From: Actinomycetota bacterium
GTDB lineage: Bacteria > Actinomycetota > Actinomycetes > Streptosporangiales > Streptosporangiaceae
Assembly: GCA_003541285.1 (NCBI GenBank)
Contig: DPMS01000234.1
Coordinates: 12,559 to 50,414, forward strand
Length of the DNA stretch: 37,856 nucleotides
Direction of reading: 5' to 3'
Positions 27,681 to 35,707 of this stretch are shown here, piece by piece (positions within the stretch are counted from its first letter, which is position 1; each line of letters begins with the position of its first letter). The notes beneath the pieces are model-generated. The model had not been told where the DNA came from. It did not search any database and saw nothing but the letters and a program-made list of their open reading frames with translations. The position numbers were made by a program, and so were the translations under genes.

Positions 27681-29231
27681 ATGACATCAGCACGGCGGGT
27701 GCGCCGGGCTATTGCGTTGTCCAGCTTCGACGTGCCTGGCGCGCCAGGACTCTTGATCCACAGCTGCGAAGACTGTGCCTGCCCCGTCAGCGACAGCCAG
27801 CAAGTGCGGGCACCGGGGGTCACCCCGCCGGTGGCCGCCACCGACACCCGACGCTGGGTCCGTGGCGCCGGCGTGGTGGAGATGCGGCTCGATGGACAAC
27901 ATCAACTGCTGTTCAACTCGGCGGGCCGGGGCGGCGTGGTCGTCGTCAACGAGCAGGCGCACCAGATCTTTCGCCGCTTTCAGCACCCGGCCACCCTGCA
28001 GGAGGTGCGGGCCCGCCTGCGGGAGGAGGAGCCGTCCGGGGGCGTGCACGCTGACCGGCCCGGTGATGACTTTGGAGAAGTCATCACCCGCCTCAGCCAA
28101 TTCGACGTTATCCATCCGGCCGGGCACCCTCCGCAGGGCTTGTTTCCCGGCGGCAAGGTCCTGACTGCCTGGCTGCATGTGACCAACGCCTGTAACCTGC
28201 GCTGCCCGTACTGCTACGTGAACAAGTCGGCGGAGGGCATGGACGAGTCCACCGGCCAGGCGGCCGTTGAGGCTGTGATCCGGTCAGCCATCGCTCACGG
28301 CTTCCCCGCTGTCAAGCTGAAATACGCCGGCGGAGAAGCGAGCCTCAATCACCGGCTGATGATGAAGATGCATGCCCACGCCCAGGAGCTGGCCGCCCAA
28401 TCCGGTCTGGACCTGCAAGCCACCCTGCTGAGCAACGGCGTAGCCCTCTCACCCGGGCTGATCGGGGCACTGAGGTCTGCGGGCATCAGGGTGATGATCT
28501 CACTGGACGGCCTGGGCAGCCAGCATGACATCCAGCGGCCGCTGGTGAACGGCAGGCCGTCCTTTCAGCTCGTCGAGCGCACGATCGGGCGGCTGATCGG
28601 GCAGGATCACGCTCCGCACCTGTCCATCACCATCACCAACCGCAACGTCGGCGGCTTGGCCGAAGTCGTCCGGTTCGCGCTGGACCGCGAACTCACGTTC
28701 AGCCTCAATTTCTTCCGCGACAACGACTGCGCGGCCAGCTTCCCCGACCTGCGTTACCAGGAACAGACCATGATCGCAGCCCTGCTCGAAGCCTTCTCCG
28801 TCATCGAGGAGTCACTGCCCCGCTGGAGTGTCCTGGGATCGGTCCTCGACCGAGGGCAACTGCTTGAACCGCGGCAGCACGCCTGCGGCGTCGGCCAGGA
28901 CTACGTGGTCATCGACCACCTGGGCAGGATCGCGAAGTGTCATATGGAGATCGAGCGGACGCTCGGCGATATTCTCACGCACGATCCGCTGCAACTGATC
29001 CGAACGGACACCGCAACAGTACAGAATCCGCCGGTCGAGGAAAAGGAAGGATGCCGCGACTGCACCTGGCGTTACTGGTGCTCAGGGGGGTGTGCGGTGG
29101 CCACTTTCAAAGCGACCGGCCGGTACGACATCAAATCACCGAACTGTCACATCTACAAGGCGATATACCCACAGGCGCTGAGACTCGAGGGCTTGCGGCT
29201 GCTCAGATATGCGGCACCCGCCCTGAGGTGA
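27681..29231 (+). CDS. Radical SAM/SPASM protein with a probable N-terminal RRE (PqqD-like) domain
   Basis: CNLRCPYC (28191-28214), YAGGEA, LSNG, ISLDG and SPASM cysteines CGVG...KC...CRDCTWRYWCSGGC...NC. GAGAGG RBS upstream. Confidence 0.9.
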   Translation: MTSARRVRRAIALSSFDVPGAPGLLIHSCEDCACPVSDSQQVRAPGVTPPVAATDTRRWVRGAGVVEMRLDGQHQLLFNSAGRGGVVVVNEQAHQIFRRFQHPATLQEVRARLREEEPSGGVHADRPGDDFGEVITRLSQFDVIHPAGHPPQGLFPGGKVLTAWLHVTNACNLRCPYCYVNKSAEGMDESTGQAAVEAVIRSAIAHGFPAVKLKYAGGEASLNHRLMMKMHAHAQELAAQSGLDLQATLLSNGVALSPGLIGALRSAGIRVMISLDGLGSQHDIQRPLVNGRPSFQLVERTIGRLIGQDHAPHLSITITNRNVGGLAEVVRFALDRELTFSLNFFRDNDCAASFPDLRYQEQTMIAALLEAFSVIEESLPRWSVLGSVLDRGQLLEPRQHACGVGQDYVVIDHLGRIAKCHMEIERTLGDILTHDPLQLIRTDTATVQNPPVEEKEGCRDCTWRYWCSGGCAVATFKATGRYDIKSPNCHIYKAIYPQALRLEGLRLLRYAAPALR

Positions 29232-30130
29232 GCGCTTTGTCTGTCCCGGATGAAGTAATGAGCGAAACCGGTTTCCGCATCGATCCGCTGACAGGTGCCC
29301 ATGTGGTCGTCACTCCATGGCGACAGCATCGGCCTGTTCATCCGGATGGGATGTGCCCGTTCTGCCCGGGCGGGCTTGAGGCGCCCGGTGCGTATGATGT
29401 TCTGCACATTCCAAATCGTTGGCCTAGCCTGGCCAACGGGCGTCACGAAGTGATCCTGCACGGCCCCGACCACGATTCTTCCTTCCCAAGGCTAGGCGAG
29501 GACCGATCCGCCCGGGTCGTCGAGTTGTGGTCTGCGCGTACTTCGGTGCTTGGGTCGCGCGAAGACGTTAGCTATGTGTTCATTTTCGAGAACCGCGGCC
29601 GGGTCATCGGCACTACGATTGATCACCCTCACAGTCAGATCATGGCATTTAGCGAGATCCCTCCCATCCCTAAATCCGAGCTTTCGAAGAGTAATTGCGG
29701 CCTCTGCAAAGATATCGACGGCGAACTGATAGTCACACGCCAACCGGGATGGCAGGTGAGTGTGCCATGGGCTCCCTCATGGCCGTATGAAATGCTGATC
29801 TCCCCTTGCGCTCACGTTGCTGATCTGCCAACGGCGGGCCAGTCGCTGCGGACAGGGCTGGGAGTGATTCTCGTTGACTCGCTGACCCGCCTGGAGCGGC
29901 TCTTTGGGCGCGGCGCTCCCTACATGCTGTGGATACATCAGCGCCCAGCCGACGGGGGCGACTGGCCGGCCGCCCACCTCCATGTGCATCTAGCGCCCGT
30001 ATTGCGGGCGCCTGGTCTGCGGCGGCATCTTGCCGCCGCGGAGCTAGGTGCAGGCGTCTTCTTCGATCCGGTGGATCCCCGGGAGGCGGCAGCACAACTG
30101 AGATCCTCACCCGGAACGGCACAACCGTAA
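29228..30130 (+). CDS. GalT-family (galactose-1-phosphate uridylyltransferase-like, HIT superfamily) nucleotidyltransferase
   Basis: RIDPLTG, RQHRP, CPFCPG, PNRWPSL, HEVI, FENRG...HPHSQ (catalytic HxHxQ, 29624-29638), WPYE and HLHVH. The GTG overlaps the radical SAM stop (GTGA); ATG 29258 is an alternative start. No symbol is given because the substrate is uncertain. Confidence 0.85.
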   Translation: MSALSVPDEVMSETGFRIDPLTGAHVVVTPWRQHRPVHPDGMCPFCPGGLEAPGAYDVLHIPNRWPSLANGRHEVILHGPDHDSSFPRLGEDRSARVVELWSARTSVLGSREDVSYVFIFENRGRVIGTTIDHPHSQIMAFSEIPPIPKSELSKSNCGLCKDIDGELIVTRQPGWQVSVPWAPSWPYEMLISPCAHVADLPTAGQSLRTGLGVILVDSLTRLERLFGRGAPYMLWIHQRPADGGDWPAAHLHVHLAPVLRAPGLRRHLAAAELGAGVFFDPVDPREAAAQLRSSPGTAQP

Positions 30131-30296
30131 TGGCAGGGGGCGCCGGTGCTATCGCCATCGCCACCGTGATTGACGGCCAGGATGCGGCTGGCCGGCACCG
30201 GCACCGTCAGTCGTTCGGGGTCAAAGGGGACGTGCGCGGCGTGGCAGCGGATCGCCAGTTCCGGGCCGTAGGGACCATCACCATCAACCGGTGAGT

Positions 30297-30908
30297 TCAG
30301 GCGGGAACGAGCGGTCGCTGGCTCCGGTTGCAGGACAGGACCACCGCCAGCGGCCAGACCGCCTGCGCCCCGCCCAGGAACCGCTCTGCCAGGCCGGCCA
30401 GCCCGCCCCCGGTGACCAGTTCCGCGCCGAACCACGCGAGGAGGCCGAGCAGCACCCCGGTGGCGCAGGCCGCAACAGCCGGCCGCAGCGCCCAGGGCAC
30501 CGAAGGCCCCCGCCGCTGGGCAGCAACCGGCCAGGCCGCCAGGGCTGCAAACCCGACCACCGCCCAGAACCTGTGCGACAGCGAAACGCCTCCCGCGGCC
30601 GGCAGTGGGCTCGCTGCGACCAGCATGCCAGCGACGCCACCCGCTATCAGGATCAGCCGCCCAGGTGCGCCGGCCGGCCTGAGCGCCAATCCCGATACGA
30701 CATCACAGGCACCCACTATCAAGAACGCGAGCGTCATCACCCACCGGTCTGCGGCGCCCACCGCCGCGAGGGCGCTGATGGTGCCAGTTACCGCATTGAA
30801 CGGGCGCGGCTGCAACCCGGCAGCAACTGTCCACCCGCCAACCAGCAGCACCGGGGCCGCGGCCGACGAGACCACGCCCCACCACGGAACTCCCCGCACG
30901 ACCACCAC
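30297..30908 (-). CDS. DUF998-like integral membrane protein
   Basis: Several Ala/Gly-rich hydrophobic segments with FNAVTGTISALAA, a conserved His (SHRF) and GLAER, which are typical of DUF998. Confidence 0.72.
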   Translation of the reverse strand: MVVVRGVPWWGVVSSAAAPVLLVGGWTVAAGLQPRPFNAVTGTISALAAVGAADRWVMTLAFLIVGACDVVSGLALRPAGAPGRLILIAGGVAGMLVAASPLPAAGGVSLSHRFWAVVGFAALAAWPVAAQRRGPSVPWALRPAVAACATGVLLGLLAWFGAELVTGGGLAGLAERFLGGAQAVWPLAVVLSCNRSQRPLVPA

Positions 30909-31095
30909 CGTAGGCGACCACCGTGGCTGCGCCGGGCACCGGCGGTAGGGACAGCCCGCCTGCGGGGAAGTCGTCCGAGGCGGGTTTCTGTACCGTAGCC
31001 CGGTGGGACAACGGCCAGATCGTGGGTCGGCGCCGTCAACCTGTCAGGCTGCAGATCTTCCTGCCCGGATGGGTGCGCGCCCGCGGCCTGTCGGC

Positions 31096-31677
31096 CAGGA
31101 AACCATCACCCGCGACAACGTCACGATGCGGGTGGACGCGGTCGTCTACTACCGGGTCGTCGACCCTCTCAAGGCGATCGTCAACGTGCAGGACTACAAA
31201 TTCGCCAGCGCCCAGGTCGCCGCGACCTCGCTGCGGGCGGTCACCGGGCGCAGCGACATGGACCAGTTGCTGTCCGAGCGGGAGAAGGTCAACGCCGAAC
31301 TGAAGACCGTGATCGACCAGCCCACCGAACAGCCCTGGGGCATCCGGGTGGAGAGAGTCGAAGTCAGAGACGTCTCCCTGCCCGAGCCGATGAAACGCTC
31401 GATGTCCCGGCAGGCAGAAGCCGAACGCGAACGCCGGGCACGGATCATCGCCGCCGGCGGCGAATTCCGGGCCGCCAGTAAGCTCGCCCAGGCTGCGTCC
31501 GTCATGGCCGCCGACCCGGCCGCCCTGCAGTTGCGGTTGCTGCAAACGGTCGTCGAGGTTGCCGCCGAGAAAAACAGCCGCACCATCGTGATGCCCGTCC
31601 CGGTGGAAATGCTGCGCTTCCTCGACCGGGTGTCCCGCGCCGCTGACCGAGCCCAGCGTGAGGTGCGGCAGGACGTG
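31096..31677 (+). pseudogene. N-terminally truncated SPFH/band-7 (slipin/stomatin-like) gene
   Basis: QETITRDNVTMRVDAVVYYRV...WGIRVERVEVRDV...RQAEAERERRARII...ALQLRLLQT is clear. The N-terminal TM segment and a proper start are missing, and the frame reads through the csp terminator into csp on the opposite strand (stop at 31806). Confidence 0.75.
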
Positions 31678-31707
31678 GTGCAGGCCCGCCCGAGGGCGGG
31701 CCTGCAC
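31678..31707 (-). terminator. Intrinsic terminator hairpin downstream of cspA
   Basis: Perfect inverted repeat GTGCAGGCCCGCCC-GA-GGGCGGGCCTGCAC, 8 nt past the csp stop. It has no U-tract, which is common in actinobacteria. Confidence 0.8.
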
Positions 31708-31715
31708 GGTCGTCG

Positions 31716-31919
31716 TCAGATAGCGCGGGCCTGCTCAGCCTGCGGGCCCTTGGGACCCTGGCTGGCGGTGTATTCCACCTTCTGGCCTTCGTCCAGGGTG
31801 CGGTAGCCGCCTGCATCGATCACCGAGTGGTGAACGAAGACGTCGGCGCTGCCGTCATCGGGGGCGATAAATCCGTACCCCTTATCCGGGTTGAACCACT
31901 TCACGGTTCCTTGAGTCAT
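31716..31919 (-). CDS. cspA: Cold-shock protein
   Basis: [18 protein letters not shown] (RNP1), DVFVHHS (RNP2) and GPKGPQA; 67 aa; AAGGAG RBS. Confidence 0.97.
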   Translation of the reverse strand: MTQGTVKWFNPDKGYGFIAPDDGSADVFVHHSVIDAGGYRTLDEGQKVEYTASQGPKGPQAEQARAI

Positions 31920-32039
31920 TTCCAGTTCTCCTTCAAGAGACGGGCCTGAAGACCCGCATGGCTATGCGGGCCGGCTGCTGTGTGCCGTGCCGGCCGCACC
32001 TCGCCCGGCAGACCGGTGCAGTCCGGGCACGGTCCGGCG

Positions 32040-33389
32040 TCAGCGCCTGCGGCCCCGGTAGCGGGCGGACATGGCGGCCGCACCGCGGCCGGTGGCCAGG
32101 GTTGCTGCCGGGGCCGGCTGCGGCGCAGCCCGTTGCGCCACTGGCGTTACTGGCTCGGCTGGTTCGCCGGCGATCGAGCGCAGCAGCGGTGAGCCGGGGT
32201 GTGCGGTGGCGGTCAGCGGGATGACGTTCGCCTTCCGCATCAGCGCGCGCACATCACCGGCTTGCGCGGGGGTCTGCAGGGTGATCACCAGGCCGCTGGC
32301 GCCCGCGCGCGCGGTCCGGCCTGACCGGTGCAGGTAGGCCTTGTGCTCGGCCGGCGGATCCGCGTGAATGACCAGATCGATGCCCTCAACGTCGATGCCG
32401 CGGGCCGCGATGTCGGTCGCGACCATGACCCGCGACGCACCGGATGCGAACGACGCAAGATTCCGCTCACGGGCACCCTGCGCAAGGTCGCCGTGCAGTT
32501 CGGCGGCGGGTATCCGCGCCGCAGCCAGCTGGCGGGCGAGCCGCTGCGCCGAACGCCTGGTCCGGGTGAAGATCAGCGACCGGTTCTTGCCACCCGCCAG
32601 GGCAGCGACAACACCCACCCGGTCCGCGGCCGTCACAGTGAGCACGCGGTGGACCATCGCGGCCGGCGCGGCAGCCGCCGAGTCCACCGAATGCCGCGCC
32701 GGGTCGCTCAGGAAACGCCGCACCAGGACATCGACGTCCTTGTCGAGGGTCGCTGAGAACAGCATCCGCTGGCCCTCCGCCGGGGTGGCATCCAGCAGGC
32801 GCCTCACCACCGGCAGGAACCCGAGGTCGGCCATGTGGTCCGCTTCATCGAGCACGCTGACCTCGACATCGCCGAGGTGGCAGTGGCCTTGCCCGATAAG
32901 GTCGGCCAGCCGGCCCGGGCAGGCGACGACGATATCGGTGCGGGCCTGGAGGGCGGCCACCTGGCGGCTCTGCGGGCTGCCCCCGAAGACCGTCACCACG
33001 CTCAGCCCTACCGCCTTGGCCAGGGGCAGGAGGACTGCCTGGACCTGGTTTGCCAGCTCGCGGGTCGGCACCAGCACCAGGCCGCGCGGGCGGCACGCCA
33101 TGGTGTGGCCCCCGGCCAGCGCGGCGACCAGCGGAATGGAGAACGCGAGCGTCTTGCCGGAGCCGGTCCGGCCCCGCCCGAGGATGTCGCGGCCGGCCAG
33201 CGCGTCCGGCAGCGTGGCCGCCTGGATCGGGAACGGGCTGGTGATGCCGGCGTCCGCGAGGGCGGCAGCCACCGCCGTGGGAACGCCGAGGGATGCGAAG
33301 GTGACGCCGGATGCGAAGGTATCTGGCTGGCTGTGCCGGGTATGCCCGCGGCGGGCAGCGTCAGGCCTTTCGATAGGCAGAGCTGACAA
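32040..33389 (-). CDS. DEAD-box RNA helicase
   Basis: Q motif PFPIQ, TGSGKT, PTRELA, LDEAD, FSAT, TDIAARGID and HRSGRTARAG. TTG start with an AAGGA RBS. Confidence 0.95.
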   Translation of the reverse strand: MSALPIERPDAARRGHTRHSQPDTFASGVTFASLGVPTAVAAALADAGITSPFPIQAATLPDALAGRDILGRGRTGSGKTLAFSIPLVAALAGGHTMACRPRGLVLVPTRELANQVQAVLLPLAKAVGLSVVTVFGGSPQSRQVAALQARTDIVVACPGRLADLIGQGHCHLGDVEVSVLDEADHMADLGFLPVVRRLLDATPAEGQRMLFSATLDKDVDVLVRRFLSDPARHSVDSAAAAPAAMVHRVLTVTAADRVGVVAALAGGKNRSLIFTRTRRSAQRLARQLAAARIPAAELHGDLAQGARERNLASFASGASRVMVATDIAARGIDVEGIDLVIHADPPAEHKAYLHRSGRTARAGASGLVITLQTPAQAGDVRALMRKANVIPLTATAHPGSPLLRSIAGEPAEPVTPVAQRAAPQPAPAATLATGRGAAAMSARYRGRRR

Positions 33390-33707
33390 AAGATCTGTCC
33401 TTAGGACTTTGGTGGCCGCATAGTCGGAGGGCCACCACGTCCGTGGGAACCGGCTCGATCACCGAGCGACATACGACCGGCGCGCCCTTGATGGCTGCGC
33501 CGTACCAGAGCAGCTTACCGCAAGCCAAGATCCACGGATGCGCGGCCGGTGCGGCCCAGCATGACATGCTGCACGAACCGGGGCGAGACGCGGCAGATGG
33601 TAACGTCAGAGAACCGAGGACTTCTCGTGCGCTGGCAGTCATGTCAGCGTCGCCCTGGGCGCACAGCAGACTGGTTCCGTCTGGAACCGAGATGGGCCTG
33701 GCCAGGC

Positions 33708-34118
33708 ATGATGCTGCACGGTACTGGTCTTCCACCCAGCGGGCTCAGGTTTTCGGCGCGGACCGGAGACGGCTATACCATCGCGGCGCTCAGCGGCAGG
33801 CTCGACGTTGCCCGCGCTTCCGTGCTGCGTGAGCAGCTTCTCGGTGTACTCAGGCCGTGGGCCAGCCGGCTCGTCCTCGATCTGTCCGAAGTCAGCTTCT
33901 GCGACGCCAGGGGCCTTGCGGTGCTGGTCGGCACCGGCCGCAGGGCCAGGCTGCTCGGCGGGGTGCTGCGCCTGGCCGCGCCCTCGCCCGCTGTGACTGC
34001 GGCGCTGCGCATCAGCGGCCTGCTCCGGCAATTCGACATCTTCCCGACCGTCCTGGCGGCGACCGCGCAGCCGCAAGCCGGCACCTCATGGGTACCAGCT
34101 CAAGCCCTCCCGCTCTGA
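33708..34118 (+). CDS. STAS-domain protein (anti-sigma factor antagonist-like)
   Basis: LSGRLD...LREQL...LVLDLSEVSFCDARGLAVLV...GGVLRLAAPSPAV..LRISGL. The start is uncertain. Confidence 0.85.
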   Translation: MMLHGTGLPPSGLRFSARTGDGYTIAALSGRLDVARASVLREQLLGVLRPWASRLVLDLSEVSFCDARGLAVLVGTGRRARLLGGVLRLAAPSPAVTAALRISGLLRQFDIFPTVLAATAQPQAGTSWVPAQALPL

Positions 34119-34139
34119 CCTCCCATGCAGGCGGGCGCG

Positions 34140-34310
34140 TCAGTTACTGCCGTCTGAAATGTTCTGTCTCGGAGTGGCTGAGGCGTCACCGGGAGAGACC
34201 CCGAGGTAGACGCGGCCCATCCCGCCGTGCCCGAGCAGCCCGATGAGCTGGTGCCTGCCGAGGTGCTGCGGGTCGCCCGGGGCCAGTGGCTGTATCAGAG
34301 GCCCGGTCAT
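34140..34310 (-). pseudogene. N-terminal remnant of an AfsK-like Hanks Ser/Thr protein kinase
   Basis: A GGAGG RBS precedes MTGPLIQPLAPGDPQHLGRHQLIGLLGHGGMGRVYLGVSPG (glycine-rich loop, subdomain I). Unrelated sequence and a stop follow, with no VAVK or HRD motif. Confidence 0.8.
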
Positions 34311-34526
34311 GCGCCCTCCGGATTCCGCGGGCCAGCACGGCTGCGATGGGTGGGCAAGAACAGCAAGTGCAGGTCTCGCGCCAGCCGTGGGCAGAGCGCC
34401 GCGGGCCAACTTCCAGATATCTGGAAGCCGGGCGCAAACCGTTGACCTGCGCAGCCTGCCGTCCGCATCCTCGAAGGACCCACCAGGCTGCCGCGCGAGC
34501 GGCGCGTCGTGCAAGGACGGAATGTG

Positions 34527-35531
34527 ATGACTGATCGCGGGCAGGCAACGCGCCGCCCGCCCCGTGCCCCGATGCCGAGGCGCAGGCGCAAACGCTGGGC
34601 GGCCGCGGCCGGTGTGGCCACCTGCTGGGCGCTGCTGCTCGCCATGACCGGATCTGTCGTTGCCGGCACCGCGTTCCTGCTGTTCTTGCTGGCGCTCGGC
34701 GCCGGGTGCGTGGTGGCGTTGCGGGCCATGGGAGTCGGTGCGGCACACCCATGGATCCAGCGGGTACGCAGCCGCCCGTGGCGCGACGGGCAGGAGGTCC
34801 TGCAACTGGGCCTGCGTCACCTGCCCGATGTCTTCGTGATAACCCCGGGTGGGTCGCTGCTCGCGCCGAACTCGGTCGAATTGCGGCTGAACCCGCGTGA
34901 GTTCGGCTCGCTGTGCGAGCTGATGGACATCAGCCTGGTCAACGCGAGTGCTTCCGAGGTGTACCAGGAGCAGGCTGCCGCCTGCGGCGCCCGGTTCGCC
35001 CGCCCGGGTGCGGCCGAGGTGTGGGTCACCGGCGATCCCTCGGTGCCGGCCGGCCGTTACCAGCTGCGGCAGGCCCGCCCGCTGGACACGGCGTCTGCCT
35101 TCCAGCCGGTCCGGGATTCTCAGCTGGTCCCGGCCGGCGGCTGGCCCTACGCCCACGATGGGCACACTCGCGGCGAGCCCGCATCGGCTGGGACGGTTGT
35201 CACCGGCCTGCCGACGGTCGCCGATCGGGGCCAGCCCCCGGTCCCGGCGCTGCGGCTGATCACGGGTGACTGTGTGGCGGAGACCCGGATGCCGGGTGCC
35301 CGCGCGGGGCGCGGGGAAGTGGAGCTCGTCCTGCCCGGGGTGCCCACGGTTTCCAGGGAGCACGCCCGGTTCACCTACGCCGACGGTCAGTGGTGGGTCA
35401 CGAACCTCGGCCGGAACGGGCTGACCCTGAACGGCGTCCCGCTGGTGGGGCAGCGCCCGGTCCGCGACGGCGATTCGATCCGGTGGGGGAGCAAGGCGGA
35501 CGCGCCGGTGTCCCGGGTTGAGGTCGGCTGA
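34527..35531 (+). CDS. Membrane-anchored FHA-domain protein with a central DUF3662/FhaA-N-like domain
   Basis: Two N-terminal hydrophobic helices; central LLAPNSVELRLNPREF...VWVTGDPSVPAG; C-terminal FHA with conserved GR, SREH and NG..LNG. Confidence 0.8.
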   Translation: MTDRGQATRRPPRAPMPRRRRKRWAAAAGVATCWALLLAMTGSVVAGTAFLLFLLALGAGCVVALRAMGVGAAHPWIQRVRSRPWRDGQEVLQLGLRHLPDVFVITPGGSLLAPNSVELRLNPREFGSLCELMDISLVNASASEVYQEQAAACGARFARPGAAEVWVTGDPSVPAGRYQLRQARPLDTASAFQPVRDSQLVPAGGWPYAHDGHTRGEPASAGTVVTGLPTVADRGQPPVPALRLITGDCVAETRMPGARAGRGEVELVLPGVPTVSREHARFTYADGQWWVTNLGRNGLTLNGVPLVGQRPVRDGDSIRWGSKADAPVSRVEVG

Positions 35532-35707
35532 CCGCGCTGCTGCCCCTGCTCCGCTGACCAGCAGCAATCATTTCGCCCAACGGCTGCCAGCGACGGCGGT
35601 ACCGGACATGCCGGCCAGGCGCTGCCGCCGGGCATCATGGATCACGTGAACAGCACCAGCTGGGGCAGTGCTGCGGACGGGGTGAGCCGGGCAGCGGGGG
35701 AGCGGCG

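Noticed and set aside
28937..29227. N-terminal extension of the GalT ORF in the ORF track
   Set aside because: It overlaps the SPASM domain in another frame. GalT similarity starts only after 29228.
27681..29231. Radical SAM as a prokaryotic viperin or as FxsB
   Set aside because: A full SPASM domain and an RRE-like N-terminus do not fit viperin. No C-terminal HEXXH domain and no FxSxx-COOH peptide were seen, so FxsB is not supported.
34311..35567. Upstream part of the 475-aa minus-strand ORF as a full kinase gene
   Set aside because: It is antisense to the FHA gene. Only the last 56 codons (from ATG 34310) are kinase-like.
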